Below, one piece after another: positions 18,174 through 28,652 of a stretch of 64,000 nt of DNA. Below the pieces are notes generated by a model, which saw nothing but the letters and a program-made list of their open reading frames with translations, was not told where the DNA came from and made no database searches. The stretch covers positions 36,007 through 100,006 of IMG/VR virus record IMGVR_UViG_3300028832_000001; one strand, 5' to 3'. Each line of letters starts with the position of its first letter. Position 1 is the first letter of the stretch. The position numbers and the translations under genes were made by a program. The DNA comes from a virus (taxonomy: Duplodnaviria > Heunggongvirae > Uroviricota > Caudoviricetes).

Positions 18174-18758
18174 ATGGATAAAAAATACGGAAAAATCTTT
18201 AAAACTGTTCCAAAACAATCTTTTAGCGATTATTTTTCTACTAAAAAAAGAGAAATAAATGACGAAGAAAGATATAATGAAGCAGTTAGAATTATGCATG
18301 AACATCGATATGCTATTTTAAACGAAGGTAAAATGGCACAATGGATTGCTGGTGTTGCATTGTCATTAGGACTTATTACTAATGCCATGGCAAGAGATTT
18401 TAATGCTCAAGCTTCATCTGGATATACAAGTCAGAAAGCATCTACTTCTATATTTAATAAAAATTTACAGAAGAATTTTAATATGGAATCTGACGTTCAG
18501 TTGACTGACACGATGGTTCAAAATATTGTTGATAATGTCGCTAAGAAGATTGCAAATAGAATGGTTAAAGAAAATAAATATGAAGAAGATGAATTACTTG
18601 AACTTCCAGAATGGAAAGATGCAGTTGAATTCTATAAGCAACTTGTAAAGGCTGATGAAAGTTTAGGTAATATGTTTTCTCGTCGTTTAGATAAAGCACT
18701 AACACAAAGTATTAGAATTGCTCCTAACATACAACGATATGTTTTAAAGAATGGTTAA
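18174..18758 (+). CDS. Putative packaged protein with a cryptic signal-peptide-like segment
   Basis: SFSDYF...EAVRIMHEHRYAILNE|GKMAQWIAGVALSLGLITNAMA|RDF. Confidence 0.6.
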   Translation: MDKKYGKIFKTVPKQSFSDYFSTKKREINDEERYNEAVRIMHEHRYAILNEGKMAQWIAGVALSLGLITNAMARDFNAQASSGYTSQKASTSIFNKNLQKNFNMESDVQLTDTMVQNIVDNVAKKIANRMVKENKYEEDELLELPEWKDAVEFYKQLVKADESLGNMFSRRLDKALTQSIRIAPNIQRYVLKNG

Positions 18759-18761
18759 ATT

Positions 18762-18787
18762 AAAAAGGTTACTCAAACGAGTAACCT
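18762..18787. terminator. Bidirectional terminator
   Basis: AAGGTTACTC/GAGTAACCTT stem between convergent genes. Confidence 0.8.
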
Positions 18788-18794
18788 TAAATTT

Positions 18795-19271
18795 TTAATT
18801 CTTACCAAGTAATGTAATTAAATCATCTTTTGTTTGTCTTGGTGTTTCATATTTAACAAATTGACCACCACCATTTGCAAATGCTTCACAATTTTTTCTG
18901 AAGTCATCAATCAATACTGAATTTTGGTCAGCATAATATTCTTTTTCTTTACCAAGATTCGTAATAATAATGTGATGTTTATCAATTTTGGTATTATTCT
19001 TTAACCAATTTAGTTTACCAATCTTACCGTCTGTGAAATTTACAGAAGTTAAGATAAATAAATCTATATTTTCTTGTTCACAGAGTTTTAAAATCCATTC
19101 GTAAAGTTCTTTACCTTCAGGAAGCCACTCCATTTCTTCCCAGAATTCTGGACCTCCCTGGTGAACTATTTCCCAGTTGACCTTGTTACCGTTAATACAT
19201 TCATACTTTTCGCATTGTCCGCGAAAATTAACAATAACACCGTCCATGTCAAGAAAAATTTTATCAATCAT
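18795..19271 (-). CDS. HAD-superfamily 5'(3')-deoxyribonucleotidase-like protein
   Basis: IFLDMDGVIVNF, ILTS, GKLNWL, VLIDDF. Confidence 0.85.
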   Translation of the reverse strand: MIDKIFLDMDGVIVNFRGQCEKYECINGNKVNWEIVHQGGPEFWEEMEWLPEGKELYEWILKLCEQENIDLFILTSVNFTDGKIGKLNWLKNNTKIDKHHIIITNLGKEKEYYADQNSVLIDDFRKNCEAFANGGGQFVKYETPRQTKDDLITLLGKN

Positions 19272-19284
19272 AATTTATCCTATA

Positions 19285-19974
19285 TTATTTATAGATAAAA
19301 TCAGAAGCTATTAGTCCAAGCGGATGTTCATCAGTCTTGGTTATAAAAACTTCCTGAATATATTTTGGTTGATTATTTAGGTTTTCTATACCAAATTTAA
19401 GTTTCAATTCAAGTCGTAAAGACTCACAAAGCGAAAATGCGTCAATAATATCAGAAGTTGGAGCTGCACCTTTCTTACCGTCTTTTACTGGAGGTAAGTC
19501 AGAAATATCTAACAAAATATTACCATAACTCTTTTTCTCATTCATTTCAAGAAGAGTATTTTTCATTCTGATTTTATCAGCATTACCATAATCAGAGAAA
19601 AGTTTTTTATTCTGGTTAGGCGGATAAAATCTGAGTTTTTTACCTTCTCTAAATAGCATTTGTTTGATATATCCTTCAAATTCTGCCAAATCAAAGACTT
19701 TACCACTTTTACCACGAGATAATGCAAAGGCTTCAACTGCTATATAATCACAATCTTTACACCATTCTAAAATAGTATCTTCCAAGAAACTATAACGTTG
19801 ATATATGTTATTGTAATCTTTATAACTGTAAAAGACCAACCCTGGTAATATAGCATTTTTCTTGACAGTTGTAAATCCATGTCTTTCTAAATTCTGAATA
19901 TTAAATTTATCGTCAACTTCTTCGATAACGACACCCGAGCTGGTAATGGAAAGATCAAGTCCTGCAATTTTCAT
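19285..19974 (-). CDS. ruvC: RuvC-like Holliday junction resolvase
   Basis: IAGLDLSITSSG, IAVEAF, LAEFEG, GNADK, DIIDAF: full RNase H-fold acidic set. Confidence 0.8.
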   Translation of the reverse strand: MKIAGLDLSITSSGVVIEEVDDKFNIQNLERHGFTTVKKNAILPGLVFYSYKDYNNIYQRYSFLEDTILEWCKDCDYIAVEAFALSRGKSGKVFDLAEFEGYIKQMLFREGKKLRFYPPNQNKKLFSDYGNADKIRMKNTLLEMNEKKSYGNILLDISDLPPVKDGKKGAAPTSDIIDAFSLCESLRLELKLKFGIENLNNQPKYIQEVFITKTDEHPLGLIASDFIYK

Positions 19975-20002
19975 AATTTCACCTTTAAAATAAACACTTT
20001 TC

Positions 20003-20014
20003 TATTTATAAATA
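20003..20014. promoter_or_regulatory. Palindromic bidirectional late promoter TATTTATAAATA
   Basis: Between divergent ruvC-like gene and the 20022 structural cluster. Confidence 0.75.
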
Positions 20015-20021
20015 TTTATGT

Positions 20022-21299
20022 ATGGCTAATATATATGTTGATTTGAAAAACGGTGAAATTCCAGCAATACCATTTGCGACTGGAAAAATATTTGATGTTA
20101 ATTCGCCTATTGATAAGTCAAAAATACCAATAGATCCAGAAACAACAGACACCAATGATAATATTGATGAAAAAATAGCATCTGATAGTTTTATTACTCC
20201 AGTGGAATATTATAATAAGATTTCTGACGGAACACATGGTAGTGTTGAAAAAGATAAGCAGGGTTATTATAATGAAAATGGAACAAACTCCAATATTGAA
20301 ATAAAGTGGTTCTGGTTAGAAGAATTAAAGAACTGGTGTACTTATATGGTTTCAACAAATGGCCATGAAGCACTTAATATTTTTACATTGAGCGTTTGGA
20401 ATGGTAAGAATGGTTGGATTAGTATTGCAAATAGAACAATGGCTGGTGATCCTTATTCAATTTCACAAGATTTATTTTGCATTCGTAAATTCCAAGAACC
20501 ATTTTTATTAGATGCGAGAGGATATTATTTATCTAATAATACATTTATTCCTGGAACAGATAAGCATGTATATGAAAAGCTTTATTCTGGTAAAAATGAT
20601 ATTACGCAAATACGTGGTTTAGTTCAAAATGTATATCAAGATCAAGTTGTATCTTTATTGCCATTTAGATTACAACATATTATGGGTATTAGATTACAGA
20701 AAAATACAAAATATACAATAAATGACCAAAACAATTTCCAGACAATACGTTGGAATACTTTATATAATCCAGTTACCGCAGAAAAAGTAATTGGAACTTA
20801 TTTAGGTGCATATGCACAAGCAAATGTAAGATACCCGGTATCAACTGGTATTCCTACTGTTTGGCGATTGCCATCTGGTGATATATTTTTAGCTACAACA
20901 TTTTATTGGAATGCTGATAATGGCAATGCATATTATTTTGCAAAAGATGAAGGTGGATTATTTAGAAAAAGATTTTATAAAACTGGTGATACACCGGAAT
21001 TTAAGATGATGGGTGATAATGACTTTACTGCTGCATCATGGATTAATTCATTATGTGCTAGTTATTTTGGTTCTGGTAATAATAAGACAATAGAAAATGA
21101 TTGGTTAAGAGAAAAACCACCAGCAACTAATGATGAAACAGATTATTCTATTGATTATACTAATATGCTTGATACAACTAAAACGTTTGAACAACATAAT
21201 ATAAATAAAGAAAATTCTATGAAGTGTACTTTTACGGTTCATAGACCGAATGTTACAACAGAAGAAGCTCAGACACCTGATTACGCTAAAAAGTGGTAA
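20022..21299 (+). CDS. Hypothetical protein, probably virion structural (fibre/baseplate cluster)
   Basis: 425 aa, N/Y/T-rich; first gene of a coupled late cluster. Confidence 0.6.
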   Translation: MANIYVDLKNGEIPAIPFATGKIFDVNSPIDKSKIPIDPETTDTNDNIDEKIASDSFITPVEYYNKISDGTHGSVEKDKQGYYNENGTNSNIEIKWFWLEELKNWCTYMVSTNGHEALNIFTLSVWNGKNGWISIANRTMAGDPYSISQDLFCIRKFQEPFLLDARGYYLSNNTFIPGTDKHVYEKLYSGKNDITQIRGLVQNVYQDQVVSLLPFRLQHIMGIRLQKNTKYTINDQNNFQTIRWNTLYNPVTAEKVIGTYLGAYAQANVRYPVSTGIPTVWRLPSGDIFLATTFYWNADNGNAYYFAKDEGGLFRKRFYKTGDTPEFKMMGDNDFTAASWINSLCASYFGSGNNKTIENDWLREKPPATNDETDYSIDYTNMLDTTKTFEQHNINKENSMKCTFTVHRPNVTTEEAQTPDYAKKW

Positions 21300-21303
21300 A
21301 TAA

Positions 21304-24300
21304 ATGGAATCTTTTATTTTTAATGATTTTAAGAGAAGAATAATTGAAGGCGAAGTGCCTCTATCAGATACTTGGACACTGTTCCCAGTAAATAAGTCAT
21401 TTACTGCGGAATTTGATGGTAAACTTGAGTATATTAAAAGTAGTAATGATCTTAAATTGTTTTATCAAGCAAATCATAAAGATGAAATTTATGATTTTGA
21501 CAATTTTAAAACAAATATGTTTTTGGAAAATTATATTTATGAAAAGCTTGAAACTACTGATTTAAAGTCAAAACCATTTTTTGTTACTGAAGACAATTTT
21601 GAATATTTCTTAACTATATTTCCAGGACAAGAACATTTAAGAGAATTGTTCTTTAGTGCTAATGAGGACCGTACTGTTTTTTATAATTTTTCAAGACCTG
21701 ACCATAAAGTTAAAGAAGCAGTTGGTGATAATATTGTAGAAAAAGATGTATTCCGTGGTTTTTATTATGTAAATACTGCTGAAGAATTAAAGTGGTGTGC
21801 AGATAAAGTTAATGGAACAATTTATGATAATAAAATCAATATTGTATTAGGTGATAATATTGGTGTTAATAAAGAAAATTTTACAATTGATTCAATAGGA
21901 AATACATCTATTGATAATAATTCTGATTTTAAAATAATCAATTTTTCAATCGGTTCAAATCCAGCACAGCCATTTGAAGGTATTTTCTATGGTAATGGTT
22001 TTAAATTCGTTAATATAGTTCTTGATTGTCAAGAAGATGTTAATGGTATTTTTGGTTATATTGGAACAGAAGGTATAGTTTCTACTGTTAGAATTGATGG
22101 TGTTAATATTTTAAGATGTAAAAAAGCAATTTCATTAACACATTTAACAACTGATGGTTCTAACATTTATGCAGGTATATTATGCGGTAAAAATAATGGC
22201 GCTATAGAAAATGTAACTGTTAATGGTAATGTTATTTTTACAAAGTTTGTTCCTAAAATGTATCATTCTAAAATGAAGACTGATAATAAGGACCAAGCAC
22301 AATCAACTACAACTTTTGAATATTATCCAAATTATTATTGTTATGATAATCCAGGTAATATTATTCCTTACATTGGTTATTTCAATGAAGGTGTTTTCGC
22401 AACATTTTCTGGATATAATGCACAAGGTAATATTCAATTCTATTGGAATACTGAATCTCCAGTTCTTTATGAAGGTATAACTCAAGATACAAATGCTATT
22501 CAATCACCATTGGAATGGTATTATTTTGATTCTCGTCCAAATATTAGCGATGAGACACATTCGTATTTTTACATGTATAATACTTATGTTAAGAATCGTC
22601 TTAATGTATTGTGGTATGATGGAACTATTATTGATAAAGCTGCTCAAATGGCAGGTAAAAAAGCTGGACAAATCTGTTCTAATGGTTTATATTTAGTAGA
22701 ACCATCAGATTTATTAGGATATGATCCTAATGGTACATATCTTAGAAATCAATACGGTTTAAGTCCACAAATATACAATAGATTAAAATATGCACAATAT
22801 TTTAATAAGTCTATAAAATTATCTCAACAAAATAGAGCAGCATATTATGTTTCACCATTAATTGGTAACAATAATAATATTGTTAATAATGTTTGTATAT
22901 CATGTTCTGCATATACGTCTGGAACTTTTGTTGGTTTCATGGGTGGTATTGCTGGTATGCAAAATTATGGTAATCTTTCAAATATATGTAGTTGTATTAG
23001 TGCATATGATGTTCCAGAAACTTCTACAGATTTAAAACAAAAAACATATTATAAGCGTGATTGGGAATATAATACTTTAAACGGCGTTGAATATGTATTC
23101 CCAAAGAAGAGTATTAAAAATATTGGCGGTTTATTTGGTGCTTGTGTTGTTCAAGGCAATTATGGAGTTCCTGGACTTACAATAACTAATGTTGTTGCTC
23201 ATTTAAATAATAAAAATAATATTATTTTTAGAGATAGCCTTGAAACCCCAATGTATGATGACTATTATTTTAATAATAGATTTGGAACATTTGCTGCAAT
23301 GATGGAGCTTAATACTTCTAACATTAGTGATTTTTGGAATTATACTCATGAATTAAATAATCCGCAAAATAGATGTATTAAAGTAACAAATGGCATTTTT
23401 GGTTATGCTGAATATTTTGCTGCTGAAGATGGTGTATTAAAATGTTCTCCATATTGTATTGAATCAGAAGGAGTTAGTAATTACCAATATTGGATGTATG
23501 GTGTTGCTTCACCATTATTTGCTGAATTGAAACCTACTTATTTGGCAACACCATCTATTATTTCAACATTATTTGAAAATGTTGGTACTCCATTAGAAAA
23601 TAATAATACATATTCTCATGTTGGTATTTTTGGTGTTGACCAAAATTTTGCTGCACCATTCTCTAATCCTAATTTCTGGTCAATTAATACAGAATTAGAT
23701 TTACCTGGTGTTGGTGGCACTCAAATAGAAGATACTGTTAATCATACTACTGGCAACTTTGATGTATTTACTGCTGCTGGTGGTATTCCAAATAGTATTA
23801 TTGATAGATTAAATACACCATATTCTGAAAACTTCTCAATTGACCTTAGTTTAATGGCATCAAAACTTGTTTATTGGGAAAATTGCCAGATTAATAATAA
23901 TTACAATCAAGCAGCACAAGTTTTTACAACAGTTAAATATCCAGCTGCAGCACAAATTCAACCTGCTTATTGTGCAACAGCAGTAGATGCAAATATGAAT
24001 GCTGTTGGTGATATTTTACAATGTAACGGTGCAATAACTCAAGCAGCTACGGCAGTTGGTTTTAACTCTCATAATGTCTTAGATTATGCAGCAAATAAAG
24101 TTCTAACTACATATCCATATTTTGGTTCAGATTTAGAGCTCGTTCCAAACCATGATTTGACTTATTTACGAGATCAATTAGGTCATGGATTTAAAAAAGT
24201 AGCATTTACGGCACAAAATCCAGCATTTAATCAAGCACAATCTGACTTCTATGTTTATGATGGCGTTGTTAATGACCACCAGTTAGCAAATAACGTTAAA

Positions 24301-26199
24301 GAAGTATATATGACCATAGAAGAAGAGGCATTCCAATATAAGCCATTCACAGATGTTCCTATTCCAGGTGGTAATAGAGATGCTCAAGTTGCTAAAATTA
24401 ATCAACTTTATAAAGTTTCTGCACTTCTATCACAAGAAAATGGTTGTAATTCTAATAGAACTGGTGTAAAAGAAGGTAGATTAGTTCAGCTTTCTCATAA
24501 GTTTGGTTGGAGAGGACATTATAATGAACGTTTATATGTTCCTCAAATTAAAATAAATTATGGTTTTTCAATATACAGTGATTATACATCAGATGATGAA
24601 CGTTATAATACTTTTGTTATTCCATTCGATGTATTTACTGAACAAGATGCAGCAGCCGTAGATACTCCAAGGCCATGGCCACCTGATAGTACATTTGAAG
24701 GATTCTATATAATTTCTTATGTTGATAATGGTAGATATGGTGATTTAAATGATGATGGACATGATTATCAGTGGAGAGAACCAGGTCGTGGCATTGGTAG
24801 TATACATAATTATTTAAATATTACTAAATCAGAAGTAATTCCAATTACTGAATATTTTACAGGATTTGCTGACGCAGAAAGAACAGTTCAAAATTGGACT
24901 CAAATTCCGCCTGTTCCATCAATTTCACGTAAAAAAGTTGTTGCAAAATATAGATGGGTTGCAGAAAATAATAGATATGAATTTATTGCAGCAGCTGATC
25001 CGGCTCAAACAACAACTGATTTTAGTTTGGCAGCAACAGGTTATTTCGCTAATGATATAACTACTATTACAGATAGTTCAGATACTGCAGAAACTATTGC
25101 ATATAAGAAAGCTCATTTCTTTATGGATGTGAATAGAGTAGTATCGGCTGATGATGGTAAAAAATATCAATGTTATGGTCCAGTAGAAGGAGAACAATTA
25201 ACATTTTATCCGGCTGGTAGCCAATCTCCATCTACATTACCAGCAAATCCAGATTTAGTAATTATAGCAGATAATTCTAAAGGTATGAATGAAACTGCAA
25301 TAAATTTAACTAATGTAACAATAGAAGAACTTAACTGGCAAACACAATTTGAAAAAATTGCTGCTATTGAGCCAGGCTTCACTGTACATTTTATTAATGA
25401 TTGGCCAGTAACAGCACCATATGCTTATAATTATGTATCATTAAATTATGCATTATATACTACAAAAGATAATAACCCAGATAATATTACATATCCAGAA
25501 CCATGGTATAGATTAGGTATAAAAGGTAAATTTTATAATAATTTAGCTATGTCAACTCATGTTGATAATCCAGGATTAGTTGCTGCTGGAGAAAATTATA
25601 TTGGTTATGATCCAGCATCATATTCAACATGGTTATATAATAGATCAACATCTATTAGAAACAATGTCAATGAAGCTAATAAAAATGTATCAACTCAAGA
25701 TGACCAATTATTAAATTACTATAAGTATACTTATGAAAAATCAGCACCATATCCGTATACTGATTGTAAAGATGGTATACCTTTAGATATTAAGTTTGAT
25801 TATAAAAATGATAAAACTGGATTCTGGTTTAAAATGCCAAATACAAGTGGTCATATAGAATATAATGATAAGATTCATTATGGTAGTAATGTTTTCAATA
25901 TTGGTAAAACATTAAGTCAAGATTCTTTATTAAATGGCTGTTTTGTTTCGGCACAAAAAATAAGAAATGAATATAAGTGGATTACTAGTGGTTTTTCTGC
26001 AGACGACTTTGAAGGTATATATATTAGAGATAGTAAAGAAAAACCAGTAATGTATATTGATGTTGGTTTAGGTGAATGTACTGAAGGAACATCATGGACA
26101 TTAAGTGCATATCCATCAGTTAATTTTGAAACTGAAAATAAAGAAAGATATAATACATTAATAAATCAAACTAGTGGATTACTTTTGGAGATAGACTAA
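21304..26199 (+). CDS. Very large fibre/adhesin-like virion protein
   Basis: 1631 aa; GLUG-like beta-helix repeats (GIFGYIG, AGILCGKNNG, GGIAG, GGLFG); N/Y/T-rich. Confidence 0.6.
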   Translation: MESFIFNDFKRRIIEGEVPLSDTWTLFPVNKSFTAEFDGKLEYIKSSNDLKLFYQANHKDEIYDFDNFKTNMFLENYIYEKLETTDLKSKPFFVTEDNFEYFLTIFPGQEHLRELFFSANEDRTVFYNFSRPDHKVKEAVGDNIVEKDVFRGFYYVNTAEELKWCADKVNGTIYDNKINIVLGDNIGVNKENFTIDSIGNTSIDNNSDFKIINFSIGSNPAQPFEGIFYGNGFKFVNIVLDCQEDVNGIFGYIGTEGIVSTVRIDGVNILRCKKAISLTHLTTDGSNIYAGILCGKNNGAIENVTVNGNVIFTKFVPKMYHSKMKTDNKDQAQSTTTFEYYPNYYCYDNPGNIIPYIGYFNEGVFATFSGYNAQGNIQFYWNTESPVLYEGITQDTNAIQSPLEWYYFDSRPNISDETHSYFYMYNTYVKNRLNVLWYDGTIIDKAAQMAGKKAGQICSNGLYLVEPSDLLGYDPNGTYLRNQYGLSPQIYNRLKYAQYFNKSIKLSQQNRAAYYVSPLIGNNNNIVNNVCISCSAYTSGTFVGFMGGIAGMQNYGNLSNICSCISAYDVPETSTDLKQKTYYKRDWEYNTLNGVEYVFPKKSIKNIGGLFGACVVQGNYGVPGLTITNVVAHLNNKNNIIFRDSLETPMYDDYYFNNRFGTFAAMMELNTSNISDFWNYTHELNNPQNRCIKVTNGIFGYAEYFAAEDGVLKCSPYCIESEGVSNYQYWMYGVASPLFAELKPTYLATPSIISTLFENVGTPLENNNTYSHVGIFGVDQNFAAPFSNPNFWSINTELDLPGVGGTQIEDTVNHTTGNFDVFTAAGGIPNSIIDRLNTPYSENFSIDLSLMASKLVYWENCQINNNYNQAAQVFTTVKYPAAAQIQPAYCATAVDANMNAVGDILQCNGAITQAATAVGFNSHNVLDYAANKVLTTYPYFGSDLELVPNHDLTYLRDQLGHGFKKVAFTAQNPAFNQAQSDFYVYDGVVNDHQLANNVKEVYMTIEEEAFQYKPFTDVPIPGGNRDAQVAKINQLYKVSALLSQENGCNSNRTGVKEGRLVQLSHKFGWRGHYNERLYVPQIKINYGFSIYSDYTSDDERYNTFVIPFDVFTEQDAAAVDTPRPWPPDSTFEGFYIISYVDNGRYGDLNDDGHDYQWREPGRGIGSIHNYLNITKSEVIPITEYFTGFADAERTVQNWTQIPPVPSISRKKVVAKYRWVAENNRYEFIAAADPAQTTTDFSLAATGYFANDITTITDSSDTAETIAYKKAHFFMDVNRVVSADDGKKYQCYGPVEGEQLTFYPAGSQSPSTLPANPDLVIIADNSKGMNETAINLTNVTIEELNWQTQFEKIAAIEPGFTVHFINDWPVTAPYAYNYVSLNYALYTTKDNNPDNITYPEPWYRLGIKGKFYNNLAMSTHVDNPGLVAAGENYIGYDPASYSTWLYNRSTSIRNNVNEANKNVSTQDDQLLNYYKYTYEKSAPYPYTDCKDGIPLDIKFDYKNDKTGFWFKMPNTSGHIEYNDKIHYGSNVFNIGKTLSQDSLLNGCFVSAQKIRNEYKWITSGFSADDFEGIYIRDSKEKPVMYIDVGLGECTEGTSWTLSAYPSVNFETENKERYNTLINQTSGLLLEID

Positions 26200-27146
26200 T
26201 GAGCAAACCATATGTATTTAATTCATTTAAACATCTTTTGTTTAAAACCGGCTCTGGTAAAAATGCTGATTTATATAATAGCATATATTTTGATGCATGG
26301 TTATGTCCAAAAGGTAGGAATTTTTCCGGAATTAAAAGAATAGATGCTAATCTTCGTACTTATTTTCCAGATCCAAATGGAAATGATAGTAGTAAAATGA
26401 TTAGCTATGTAGCTAATTTAGGTTTATTACAAAGAGAAAATGTTTTCAGCGAAGATGGATTACCATCTGAGGATTGTTATCAGTCTGAAAATTTTTTAAA
26501 TATTCCTGCTTCTGCCTATATTTTTTCAAAAAGACAATATCCGCAAGGTTGTATAGTTGATAGAGACTATAATTATCGTTCTTATGATTATTATGTTGAT
26601 GATACAACATTAGATACTGTTCATAAGTATTATGATCCAATCATGAATCCAACAAATGATTATAATATAGAAAAAGTACGTAGTAATTTGGAAGCAAGAA
26701 ATGGTTTTCATAGCGACGTAGAAAGTACATGGACATCTGGTTTAAAACCGTATTTTGAATCAGAATATGGTTTTACAAGTGGATATAACTCAACTGAATA
26801 TGCTGCATATAATATTAAAGAATTGCCATTGGTTGAAAATCAAATAAATGTTAAATCTCCAGTAAGACAATTTGATATTCCTCCAGTAAATATGGTAGGT
26901 GGATCATTATTCATAACCTGGTATAATGGAGAAAGACAGACATTATATAACAATAATGGTAATTTAGTAACAGAAGAAATTGATCCAGCTACTAAAAAGA
27001 AAAATCCATTAGTGTTTAGAAATTTTCCAGCTAATAGTGCTAGTTGTATTCCAGTATGTTATATGGATTTACCACAGTCATATAATTTGAATAATGTTCT
27101 ATTAAATATAGAATGGTCAGAAAATGGCTTATTTTCTCTAAAATAG
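26199..27146 (+). CDS. Structural protein with termini related to the preceding gene
   Basis: N-terminal YVFNSFKHLL and C-terminal PVCYMDLP...IEWSENGLFSLK; TAATG overlap. Confidence 0.55.
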   Translation: MSKPYVFNSFKHLLFKTGSGKNADLYNSIYFDAWLCPKGRNFSGIKRIDANLRTYFPDPNGNDSSKMISYVANLGLLQRENVFSEDGLPSEDCYQSENFLNIPASAYIFSKRQYPQGCIVDRDYNYRSYDYYVDDTTLDTVHKYYDPIMNPTNDYNIEKVRSNLEARNGFHSDVESTWTSGLKPYFESEYGFTSGYNSTEYAAYNIKELPLVENQINVKSPVRQFDIPPVNMVGGSLFITWYNGERQTLYNNNGNLVTEEIDPATKKKNPLVFRNFPANSASCIPVCYMDLPQSYNLNNVLLNIEWSENGLFSLK

Positions 27147-27221
27147 AATATAAATAAAATATGCGAAATTTATAGAAAAAATTCCTTTTCTATAAAAAAT
27201 AAAAATATTTTATTATATTTT

Positions 27222-27740
27222 ATGTCTATATACGGTAAAAGTTATACACAAGGTATATACAACCCGACAAAACCAGAGAAATGTATAAACATAAATGGTG
27301 CAATGGGAAGTAAATGCAATACGATTACGTATCGTAGCAGTTGGGAATTAAAATTCATGAAATTCTGTGACAAGTATGATTCAATACTTGAATGGGGTTC
27401 AGAAGTTTTAAAAATTCCATATATTTCAGAAGTCGATGGTAAGCAACATACTTACATTACCGACTTCTATTTTGTTTGTAAGGAAAAGACAGGCAAGATA
27501 GTAAAATATATTCTTGAAGTAAAACCTAAATCTCAAATGCCGAGACTTGATGAATGTGGTCAGATTCTTTATCCTGATCCGCCGAAAGTCAGAAGTCAAA
27601 GAGCATTGAATGCTTGGCAAGAACGTTGCAATGTTCTAAGAGTTAATAATTCTAAATGGCAAGCAGCTCGTAGATGGTGTAGAGAACATGGTTTTGTTTT
27701 CAAGGTATTGACAGAAGAAGAAATCGGAATAAATTACTAA
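27222..27740 (+). CDS. gp4: Head-completion nuclease (T4 gp4-like, TnsA fold)
   Basis: YRSSWELKFMKFCD...WGSE...IPY.S..DGK.H.Y..DF...LEVKPK.Q...N.SKW.AA. Confidence 0.9.
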   Translation: MSIYGKSYTQGIYNPTKPEKCININGAMGSKCNTITYRSSWELKFMKFCDKYDSILEWGSEVLKIPYISEVDGKQHTYITDFYFVCKEKTGKIVKYILEVKPKSQMPRLDECGQILYPDPPKVRSQRALNAWQERCNVLRVNNSKWQAARRWCREHGFVFKVLTEEEIGINY

Positions 27741-27778
27741 TATAAATATATTTAAATAAATTTACTATATTTGAATTT

Positions 27779-28330
27779 ATGGGAGTTTTTGATAATTTAA
27801 AAGAAGAATTCAATATTGAAGAAGCAGAATCACAGGTTAAGTCTGTGATTTCAACTGCTAATGAAAAGATTGAAGAAGTCAAAGAAGGTATAAAGACACA
27901 AAAGTATACCATTGAAGATAAGGAATATATTAAAGCCGAACTTCAAGATTTGATTGCATCTGACCGTGAAGTCATGGAATCTTTAAAAGACATGATTGTA
28001 AATGGCGGTGGAACTCCAAATTTATATGCCGTTTATGCAACGGTTTCTAAATCTGTCAGAGAGAATGTTCAACAATTAAAAGAACTTTGCAAAGACATTA
28101 CAAATTATCAAGTTATTGAATCTAACGAAGAATTCAAAGAAAAAGCTTTGGCAAGTAAAGAAAGACTTGCAGAAAAGAGACTTGCTGGTAAGAGTAATGG
28201 AAACAATGCCCCTGGACAGATTACTCAAAATAATACGTATATTTTTAATCCAAAAGAACAATACGAAGTAATGAAAAAATTAGATATACCGGCAGTTCAA
28301 GTAGAACATCCGGATTTTGATTTGTCGTAG
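27779..28330 (+). CDS. gp16: Small terminase subunit (gp16-like)
   Basis: FDNLKEEFNIE start; EYIKAELQDLI...YAVYATVSKSV...L; C-terminal ITQNNTYIF..KE; follows gp4. Confidence 0.65.
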   Translation: MGVFDNLKEEFNIEEAESQVKSVISTANEKIEEVKEGIKTQKYTIEDKEYIKAELQDLIASDREVMESLKDMIVNGGGTPNLYAVYATVSKSVRENVQQLKELCKDITNYQVIESNEEFKEKALASKERLAEKRLAGKSNGNNAPGQITQNNTYIFNPKEQYEVMKKLDIPAVQVEHPDFDLS

Positions 28331-28338
28331 AGGTAAAA

Positions 28339-28641
28339 TTGTTGTTTTCTGTATATTACAAGATAGAACATAGGGAAGAATTTCTTAAAAAACACTTTGA
28401 TAAAGTTTTCAAAACTTATACTGAAGAAGAAAAAGAAATTTCTATTGATCGTCTTACAGATTTAATGGAATTAATGGTAAATATGCTGTTAACAGGTGAT
28501 AAATGTGGACTTTATGACCTTTTAACAAAGAAAAATACAAAATCTGCAAGAGTTTTCTTCAATTATTTGACTTGTTCAAATATTCGTAGTATAAATAAAG
28601 AAATGATTAAAGACAGAATTAACGAAGTCTTTAAGATTTAA
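28339..28641 (+). CDS. Hypothetical protein (TTG start)
   Basis: 100 aa; AGAGGT SD. Confidence 0.6.
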   Translation: MLFSVYYKIEHREEFLKKHFDKVFKTYTEEEKEISIDRLTDLMELMVNMLLTGDKCGLYDLLTKKNTKSARVFFNYLTCSNIRSINKEMIKDRINEVFKI

Positions 28642-28652
28642 GGAACGCGATT

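Noticed and set aside
27161-27175. Four-codon ORF 4 nt after TATAAATA at 27149-27156
   Set aside because: Too short to support as a gene; may only be the leader of the gp4 transcript
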